A DNA stretch of 63,172 nucleotides, the filler included, from Choristocarpus tenellus KU-1152 (Eukaryota; Protista; Phaeophyceae): assembly GCA_964200185.2 (NCBI GenBank). It is 12 parts of 12 records of this genome, joined end to end, with 100 filler letters (N's around TTAATTAATTAA, not from the genome) between each part and the next. Parts side by side here need not be neighbours in the genome. Positions count along the whole stretch, not along the records: positions 54,155 to 58,994 come from CAXNAD020012844.1; positions 59,095 to 63,172 come from CAXNAD020016334.1; 10 more parts are not named here. One strand, given 5' to 3'. The notes under the pieces were generated by a model. The model did no database searches, was not told where the DNA came from, and saw only the letters and a program-made list of their open reading frames with translations. Shown piece after piece: positions 54,155 through 63,172 of the stretch (the first letter of the stretch is position 1; each line of letters starts with the position of its first letter). The position numbers and the translations under genes were made by a program.

Positions 54155-54455
54155 TCACCCAGGAGGTGAATGGGGTGGTGTGGCCAGTTGGGCTGCAGCA
54201 GCTGACCTTTAAAACTTTTTTCAACCAGGAGGTGGATGAGGTAGTATGGCCACCTGGGCTGCAGCAGTTGACCTTTGGGCATTATTTCAACCGTGAGGTC
54301 AATGGGGGTGGTCTGGCCGACTGGACTGCAGGAGCTGACCTTTGGGTTGAAATTCAACCAGGAGATAAATAAATTGGTGTGACCGGCTGGGCTGCAGAAG
54401 CTGACTTTTGGAAGAGAATTCAACCAGGAGGTGAGTGGGGTGGTGTGGCCAGTTG
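54155..54455 (+). pseudogene. FNIP-repeat protein fragment (66-bp/22-aa repeats)
   Basis: FNQEVDEVVWPPGLQQLTFGHYFNREV-type units, about 4.5 copies. One frameshift near 54310 and a TGG>TGA stop near 54380. Confidence 0.85.
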
Positions 54456-55695
54456 AAGTTGCTTGGAGCTAAGCCACCCACACACAAGCACTACACCAAT
54501 AGCCCTCACAAACTGATCTTGAGATATGCTTGCAGGCCCTTGTTGCATCTTTGGAGGTGTGGCAAAGGGTGTCAGGGGATTATAGGGTCATTGAAGCTTT
54601 GGAAGTTCTTTTGAGGATAACTGCCAGATTTATCATGATTATTGGCCAATAGTACTATAGCGAATAGGGGTTGGGTACAGCGTATAACTCGCCGTGATGT
54701 TAAAGGGAAGGCAGTCTTCGTCGTATCAGTGCTCATTGAGCAATTCAGTCTTGGCCCACTCAGAAATAAGAGGCTGTATTTAAGTACCTTTACTCTGTTC
54801 GATATACCAAATAAAGAACCATTGATGTCTGATTGGGTGATCGATCGCTCACAATATTCTCTCACTTGTCCAAACGTGAACCATATTACAATAATACATA
54901 ATACTACGTAAGATTCACCATCCAAACATGAAATGAGGGTACAGACTACAATTCAGATTGTAGTTAAGTGCTCATGTATTCCTTGCCATGCGCCCAATAC
55001 AACGTAATGGACTGAAGTGAGGAATATATAGTAGACAAGTAAGTCCAAATCAACCGAATCCCCCAAACTCTACCAACCTCTTGGCCCTCTCCTGCAGGTT
55101 CTCAGAGGCACGACTTTGGTAGTATGCCCTTGTAGTAGGTGCTGCATGCACCCTCCTCATAACTCACACTATCCTTTCAATGCACTTGACTGAAGTAAAA
55201 GATCCTTCTTCTTCAGGAAAAATGTCGAAGTTGTAAGTCATTCTAGCCTTCTCAGCTGCAATCTTTTGTACACCATACTTCCACAAGAGGCTGACATTGT
55301 GTGTTGGTGTTGGCTCAGATTCCTTATCCTCCTTCTTGTCCTAGCCACGGTGGAATCAGGCATTGTCAAACACTAGTATCATCTTCCAAAAAAAGAAACA
55401 AAATATAGAACATTGACAGGAGGCGCAAGGTCGGCCAAGACATGAACATGCCGTAGTCTGGGCAACCATCCTTCCTTGGTGGGCCACAGCAACTCAGCAG
55501 TCAACTCCCCTACAAGACAATAAATGTTGTCATCCTTCTTGTGTTGCATCCCAACCCTCCTCACTATCACCAGAAAATTCTTATCGAGGGTCATAATTGG
55601 TGATGATATTGACAATCAATTATGATCCTCAAGCAATTCCCCATTGTGTTGCTAACAACCTCATTCTCTTAAACTTTGAAGTGGGAGTAAACTGA

Positions 55696-55956
55696 GAGCC
55701 AAACCAATTGAGAGGCAGGCATGTTTGGACCCGTTTTGAATTCTAAGTCATCTTTCTTACCCTGTGGAATATTCTCTATCTCATTGCTTTGTGCTCACAA
55801 CAGTGTACGCAAAATTGATATTCTCCCTTTCCACACACAAAGTGATATCACGATTCAGCAAAGGCTCATCTGCAAGTGTACAAATGACATACATATCTTT
55901 GCCCTTTCTCGGGATCCTTAAATGCTACCCTGCCTACCTCTCAGTTGGTTTGACTC
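55696..55956. mobile_element. MITE family C
   Basis: GAGCCAAACCAATTGAGAGGCAGGCA...TGCCTACCTCTCAGTTGGTTTGACTC with TGA on both flanks. Confidence 0.88.
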
Positions 55957-57720
55957 TGAACCATACAATAAATTGGTGAACAAATCTCTCGTCTATGTTA
56001 GCAAAAACTACAGATCACCTCACCTTCTCGTTGAAGGCAGAGAGATATAATCGATCAGAAAGTGACAAATGCGAACCTTCCTCTGTTCGGTTAGAAGAGG
56101 AATCTTGATCTTACCTCTTGAACAAATGGACTTCAGCCTCTTCACAATCTGGTCCAGAATCCCAGTCTGACACAACTAACATCAAACGTGCACTTTTTCC
56201 AGTCCAGAAGATCCCGTCTAAACACCTGCTGGCCTTCGTGTTTCTGGTCTAAGATGTAGACCTCCAGTAGAACAAGCTGCACAGATGAGGTGTAAGCTTC
56301 CTGCATTTATCCTGATCAGATTTTTCCTCCACTCTCCCCTTACCAGAACCCGTAAAAAAATTCCCCCCTTTCATCTATTTCTTGGTGATCCTGCAATCTT
56401 CAACTCCTGCATAGACGTAAGAGTGGTGGCGAGGGTCACACCGAAAAAGTGACTGCAGTTACACACGCCAACAAAAGCCACGAAGACGTTGAGTAGCAGG
56501 TGTGCCTCCATGGTCTCAACACTGCGCCCTTCTTCAGCCAGAGGCTGTCAAGAGCCTCTGTGACCTTCTCCCTCAGCTCCCTCTCTTCGTCCTTATTCAT
56601 CCTCAGCTGAAACCCTTTCATCCGAGCACATGCCACGCAGTATTAGGCTGGGCTTGATTCGCATCCTTTTTCCTTTTGCCTATTAGCACATTTTCTTCCT
56701 TCACCACCCTCCTCCCCTCTTCTTTGGTGTGAACATGAACTCGATAGCGAGCAAACCCTCTAGAAACTTGTTTTGATACCCCTGTGTCGGATCACATATA
56801 CCTCTTGAACAACTTTGAATGGCGGCAAATTACCAAAGTTTCAATCCATACCTTTCTCACATATCATCCAGTCAAGATTATTTCATACCCAACTATACAA
56901 CCCTAAAACAGACACCTCAACGTCCGCCTGCCACTGTGCAACTGTGGGGCCTCCTACAGATTAAAAGTGTATCCCTTGATCACCATGATACTGATCTTTT
57001 CAATCCACTACTCTGAGCCTATAGATTCTGAGGGATTCTCCATTCATACAAAGAACCGTGACATAAAAAATGAACATTTGACCCTCAATTTTATTAAGTG
57101 GCCTAGAAATCGCTGTGGATGCTTGATATCTATCCACTTACCATATTATTTACACAATAGCTATCCAGAGTGGCACTCTCACACAAACCATCTTACACAA
57201 TTAAAGGGAAAAATATAGCAACCTCTTGAAACAACATGATCGATCTACTACCCCTATCCTGAGACATGAGGAAGTGCACAGAGGTGTTCCTTGCTATTCT
57301 TCGATTGTGTCAAGAGTCTTGTTTCCCACCCCTGCCTTATTCTTCCAGTGCCTTTACATTGGGCTACTGTTCGACCCAGGTGAAATTTCTCATCACCTTG
57401 GAGCGAATCAAATGAGGATTTTTGTACAAGGTCAACCCGTGGACCTATCACATAGAAATATCTTGTATCCTTAGACCAGACATGTCCAAAATATACATGC
57501 TGGCACAGGGTCGGCCCAGTCAGAAATATTTTGCATGCAGATCAACCCCGTCAAAATGTGTTGGGTCAACCCCTAAGTTGTCCAAAATATGTTTGGATCT
57601 AAACTTCTAGTCTTCAATATCACATCCGCTTGAAACTCGACCAGGTCAGCCACATATCCCGTACCAATATTTTTAAATAGGACCCAGACTGACCCACACA
57701 CCGGCCCTGAAATATCTCAT

Positions 57721-57950
57721 GACTTGAAGTATCTGAGCGGTAGTGGCGGCTGTCCATTCGGGGGCCATTTTTCCATGTTTCCATTTTTTGGTGAATTTAG
57801 TTGCATGCATTGGATGGCTTTCCTGGTCAGGGCCGAAAAGGACACCTAGCGTATACCCCCCCCCCCCCCCCTCCCCCCCCCCCCCCCCACACGAGAAATT
57901 GACATATCGTCTCCCCGCTGCCCTCCCCCCCCCACCAAGATACTTTGAGC
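57721..57950. mobile_element. Decayed MITE of the G-rich AAAGTATCTGGG family
   Basis: gacttgaagtatctgagcggtagtggcggctgtccatt...ccaagatactttgagc. The left end is homologous to 58923-58994. Further family ends at about 8820, 13390 and 63113. Confidence 0.65.
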
Positions 57951-59151
57951 ATCATGGCCCTTGGAGCTGCCCCATGATTTTTAAATGTTTAATGTTGTGA
58001 ATAAATTTTTGACTGATTAGTACTACTAGCTAAATCAGCTCAAGAATTTTCAAAACACTCAAACAGACTTGAAATGTGCATGCAACGCATGAAGCCCTGA
58101 GCACCAAGCAATACTGCGAGGGTATTCCAAAAGAGACCAAGCACCACATAAGCACAAATAATAATAACAGATTGGATCTAAAGCTGTGATTTTCGATGTT
58201 GATTATCAATTTTGATACAATTGAAAGGTAGCAATTCAATCACTACCATTCACAACAATAAACATATCAGGAATCTATACCGGACCATGAGTTTAACTGG
58301 ACTGACCCACAGTCCACCCTCGTAACATTCGTGAAGGCCCTTATCTGACCCCATTGAAATATATGACACCTGGGCTGGTCCATGACCCAAGAGCTGTTAA
58401 GATTTTTATGCCCTGACCTACGCCTCCCAAAAACATTTTATACTCCCTGGACTGGCATCAAGTAGATTGTATGTTTTCCAGAATATCTGGAAGAACTCAG
58501 AAATTTTTATCAGGGACCGGGCTGTGGGGCAGCTCGGACAAGATATAAATCAAAAGGACTTAGCTGCGAATCTCAGGTTGGTCCGACCGGGCTGGGTGAT
58601 ATATGCGTAAAAAGTGAATTGTTCTGTGAATGTATTTCAAACTCAATGCTGATACTTTGCAAGAGGTCTGTTATTTTAACATATTATATGTAATTTCATG
58701 CATAAAATCATATATTACATAGTATAGATCAATGCAACAACAGTAATCAACAGTGGTACCCCTTTTGCCAATGAAACATTTATAACAACATTACGATTTA
58801 CTAGATTTTCGTGCACTCAGAACTTTCACCTCATACGGGTCGAACTTTGCTGTTCAAGATAAACAAACTTAGAGCAGTTTGTCTAAACACCTGGAAGTTA
58901 TGCCCACAATCCTTTGTTCTCAAGGATCAAAGTATCTGGGAGGGGGTGGCGGCTGTCCATTTGGGGTCAATTTTTTCATGTCGCGATTTTTGGGNNNNNN
59001 NNNNNNNNNNNNNNNNNNNNNNNNNNNNNNNNNNNNNNTTAATTAATTAANNNNNNNNNNNNNNNNNNNNNNNNNNNNNNNNNNNNNNNNNNNNTTCTTG
59101 GTCCTCGGGGGGGGCACAAGCGGGGAGCAAGGGGGGGGGGGGGGATTTAAG

Positions 59152-59374
59152 TGTAGAAGGTACGTCATTCGTAGGTTCCCTCCCAACATAACGAACGACA
59201 AAACCTCCACAAGCGAATTGTCACTGACGGAAAATTTTGGGAAGGCGAGGGACGCGAACGACGAATTTGGGTAAGGGTGTCAAGACACACACGAACTGAA
59301 GTAGGAAAAAGGTGTTTTATTTGTAGAAAAAAAAAGGTGCTTCGGGAAAAATTATTTTAACTATGGGTTCTACA
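59152..59374. mobile_element. Possible LTR remnant
   Basis: A polypurine tract precedes TGTAGAA, and an inverted TTCTACA ends at 59374. There is no second copy in the window. Confidence 0.25.
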
Positions 59375-61571
59375 CATTAGCCCTTGCGCTATGCAGCTGA
59401 AAAGATGCCAACATGAAGCACGCAGTAAGGGTCTTCAAAGGAAGGGTATATTACAGTCGGTGGGACACTGTTGTGGGAAGGGAAAATGACAAAGTGTCAT
59501 TGCGAGGAACTTTCCAAAACCTTTATTGGGTCGTAGCTCATGCCTACGTCAAAATCCACAACGACTGATACACAAATGATTTATAAACGATCGCACGCAA
59601 CAGGGGGGGAGTTGGTGATCGGCCTCGTTCAAACGCCCTTCCCTCGGTCCAATACCCCGCAAGCAAACTGGCAACTGGGAAGCGAGTAACGTTAATCCCG
59701 CCGGACAATATTAATCTGTTACGTACCCGCGAATAATAACCTTTTCGATAGCCTTGGTCTTCAATCTTTGTCCCTGTCCGTTTCAACCGACGGTACTTTT
59801 CCACCCCTCAGTGACCTTATCGATCCCCGAACCTTCAGCTTCTTTTGATATAAGAACGCCTCCCAAGGAATGTTTAAAAAATGACAATATAAGATATAAC
59901 ACCACTATTTGAAACACGACAATAGGCAGGTATAGGTGTGGAGAGGTGTAATGGGATGTTCTGCGCAAAGTGGCTTCTCGTGAATAATTTGGTGCTGGAG
60001 TGGTAAGCCACATGCACTTACATAGACTGCATTCACGCAGGGCTTACTCGGGGGAAATATACTTCTCAGTCTGAGTAAGGTTGCCCAAGAAATACTATCG
60101 ACCTCTCATAGTTATCTTGTCTTTGATGATCATTTTAGTGTTGGTATGGAAAGAAAGATTCTGGTCGATTTTGGGTCGTGGAACAGCGTTACGTATGCAA
60201 TAGATAATAGTGCGTGGTTCGCATAGTACTGCTATTCATAGAATTAAATGCTTTTGCTGAGTCAAAACGCGTAGACCTATCTCTCGTTTATGTGGGTTTT
60301 GTCCAATTGTGTGGATGACGCAGAGGTCGCTTTCAAACTGTTGATATGATGGACAGGTTATAAAATGGGGACTTTGGGTCCAACAGCATGCCACGAGTAA
60401 GCCACACGATTATGTATTGTACACAAAAAGTCGCATCTGTTAAAATTATTGTTTCCATCTTCAACCAGAACATAGACCCTTGACGTGCTTAGGAAAAAGA
60501 AGCCGACTCCGCACAACAGATTGTACCTGTTAGAGCGTACTTCTTTGTTAGGAGAAACCTGGTGCGGTCCTTGATGCCTCCTCATCCTGTCGAACTCGCC
60601 ACAACAAGTCATGGCCTGGTGGACTTGTTGCCACTTCGTGGTGTCAAGAAGTATCTGGCATGAAGCGCTGCGCTGATTTTGCTCGGGCTTCTCTTCAATC
60701 CATTTTAATTCCATTTCTTTAGTGTTCCTTGATGTCAACTATGACCACAGTAACCTGAGGCGGATTCCATGGGGGCTGACTCAGTGATATTGCCACCGAA
60801 TCTCATACGTACGCACAAGTACCTATAACGAACCATTTTGTAGAAATTGTCAGTCCTGCCAAGCAATCTTGGTTATGAATTGTTAAGCAGATTTGTTGCA
60901 AGAACACGAAGAAGCAAGGGTCTACCTCAGTCTGTAGCCAGCTTACCCAAATTTCAAATACAGCGCCTACTGCCTTCTCAAGGATTCAAGTTGTAGAGCA
61001 CAACAACAGAGTTATAATCCTGGATGATTGGAGGAAGGGTTGATACAAATTCCGACCTAGTGATGTGAAATGGTCTCAGTGTGAGGCAGAACTTGATGGT
61101 GTGGTGTGGTAGTGGTGGATAACAACAGAGGGGGAGTATGCCTGCTTGGTGGTCCTCTACATTGTACTTCATATGTATTATTAAGGTGTAGATAATCCTG
61201 AAGCATCTGGTCTTGCTCTCTTGTAGTGAGTAGTGGACCTAGATGCTGTATTGTTATTATTATATGTGCTCCAGGAGGAGGGGAGAGGCCATAGTGGGGA
61301 AGCTATGTGCACCTTACGGTTGACTGTCTGTTATTCCCGTGTTGGATATCATCCGAATGCACCACCAATATGTAGCATCCATCACATGGATGAAGACCCC
61401 CTTAATATTTATGTCACTCTCATCTTGCCTCTCTTTTTGTTATATTTATACAACAAAGAAGTTTTGGAATACTAATACGTCATAGTACGCATTGCCATAC
61501 AACAGGAATGGTTGCTTCATATATGCAGGTCTTAAACATTAGTTCTCGTCCATCACACATCATTTGTTTAT

Positions 61572-61883
61572 GTGATTCCACCCCCAAAATCGTATGAAGA
61601 GTTTACTCAGCAGACCAAAGACAAATTACAGCTTGCATTCGAGTTTGCTCACCGTAACTTCCAAGAACGCATTATAAATCAGAAGCGTATCAGCCATCTA
61701 CTCGTGTTCCCCGTTTTCGTACCTGGTGATCAAGTTCTAGTCCATAGGACACATGAGAATACTGATGGTCCGAATCTGAAGTTACTTCACCCTTGGAGAG
61801 GTCCGTATGAAGTATATTCTAAGGTATCACCCATCATGTACAGGGTCGTCGTATTACCTGGAAGTCTCATCAGGGTAGAATGA
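61572..61883 (+). mobile_element. Gypsy LTR retrotransposon integrase C-terminal remnant
   Basis: LQLAFEFAHRN...FVPGDQVLV...KLLHPWRGPYEVYSKVSPIMYRV fits the GPY/F module. Confidence 0.8.
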
Positions 61884-62694
61884 AACGTTTCATTCCATCA
61901 TCCATTTTCTGTTCATCAGGGTAGAATAAAACGTTACTATTCTCAAGTCCAACCTCCCACATCATACTTGAATGAACTGGATTATTTGTTTCTGGGAAAA
62001 CAGTTTCCATTGCTTGATGTAGACAACAAAAACTCTCACCCAGTTACTACCCAGTACACCATTGATAGCATTGTTGGACATAGACCTGGTCCTGGTCGTC
62101 GTCAACAAATGTGACCTATCGCCTTCGTCTTTCTGGCTCTGGACCGTCTTGTGATCTTCACAAGAGAATAGAACAGATCCTTCAATGCCGAGAAATGGTT
62201 GCAGCCTATCGTGCAGTAAATGGATTGGATAAATAGTAAAATTCTCGTCCCACACAGTGTTGACTTGAGAAATGCGTATTTGTTGTTATCATTGCATTCC
62301 TTTCCATAGTCTGTATATCATGCATTGTCCCAAAAATGTATCCTGTCGTTCCAGTAAAGAGTTTATTGTATGTATGTCTAGTACAGATCCTCGCCAATTC
62401 CGTTTGTTTGTGTGTTTGTTTGCTTGTTATATGACCCTTGTGTCTTGGCCTGGATCTCGTGTTACCCGCATGTCATTTATCCTTTACATAGTTTGACATC
62501 TGGTTTGGACGAATCGTTTGTATGTCATTTTGTCATAGACGGGTATAGTCTATCGTTTTGTGAAGAGAATAGACAACTGGTAACAGATTTCAGTTAATCA
62601 GTTCACGACCAGGTCTGACTTGACATCTCTTGTTTACCACGTTTATCGATCCTTGCAAATAGTTTTGTGTATGTTCGTGGCATGAAGACAAGAA

Positions 62695-62952
62695 GAGTGA
62701 AAGTATCTTAGAGGGTACGAGTTTTGCCCTGTTTGTTTATTTGGGACTTGTCTTCCATGGTTTTTTTAATGACATTTTCCTACTCCAAAATGTTTAGAAG
62801 CAGGTAAAATGTATACGTTATGAAAAGGTGTGCCCGAAACATAGATATTGACACCTCCCAACAAACACGATAGCCAAAATTATATCAAAATCACAACATT
62901 GGATTTTGACCCCCAAATGGACGCGGCTCTACCCTCTAAGATACTTTGACTC
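62695..62952. mobile_element. MITE family A
   Basis: GAGTGAAAGTATCTTAGAGGGTA...TACCCTCTAAGATACTTTGACTC. Confidence 0.92.
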
Positions 62953-63172
62953 TAAATTAATAATAAAATTAATTTTACCTCTCAACTCTCCTCGTTTGCA
63001 TGAGTCGACACATGCAGTGGTGAAGAGACCATATCACTGGGCATACTAGCACCTGTGTGCTAACAAGTGGCTGTTCATTTCATCATTTCACATTATATTA
63101 AATGGATTTATTGACCCAAAGTATCTGGGGGGGGGGGGGGGGGGTCAAAACCGGGGGTCCTTGTTGGACAAA

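Noticed and set aside
55200-56700. Minus-strand coding-like remnants (EERELREKVTEALDSLW)
   Set aside because: Interrupted by stops and a MITE, and the family cannot be assigned from sequence alone.
57506-57709. Possible hAT-like element with CAGGG(T/C)CGG termini
   Set aside because: Only about 9 bp of terminal similarity and no 8-bp TSD.
3292-59094. Eleven identical TTAATTAATTAA palindromes in N runs
   Set aside because: Artificial scaffolding spacers with six-frame stops, not a biological repeat or CRISPR array.

Overview
Eukaryotic, intron-rich and repeat-rich DNA, most consistent with a brown alga or related stramenopile (FNIP repeats, a KRE6/SKN1-type GH16, a DD39D mariner, TTAGGG repeats). 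The window is 12 contigs joined by eleven artificial 100-bp N44-TTAATTAATTAA-N44 spacers, so adjacency across gaps is not guaranteed. One gene is complete: a 14-exon Xaa-Pro aminopeptidase P (41886-51721, +), head-to-head with the 5' exons of a nucleolin/Nsr1-like acidic protein (-). Partial genes are TTC38-like, a CudA-like DNA-binding protein, the 3' end of a KRE6/SKN1-like GH16 with an EGF-like module and TM tail, and an FNIP pseudogene fragment. Mobile DNA includes a decayed DD39D mariner with TIRs, CRE-like RT and Gypsy integrase remnants, and several ~260-bp MITE families sharing GAG(T/C)CAAA termini. The most unusual region is 13.5-19.8 kb: a spliced ParB/Sulfiredoxin-like (DG/RNHR) pseudogene, rebuilt by removing two nested MITEs, is flanked by iterated 209/269-bp repeats that also abut a Sola-like Cys-motif ORF. 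This may be an undescribed ParB-carrying DNA transposon. All family assignments come from motif recognition by eye, not database searches.
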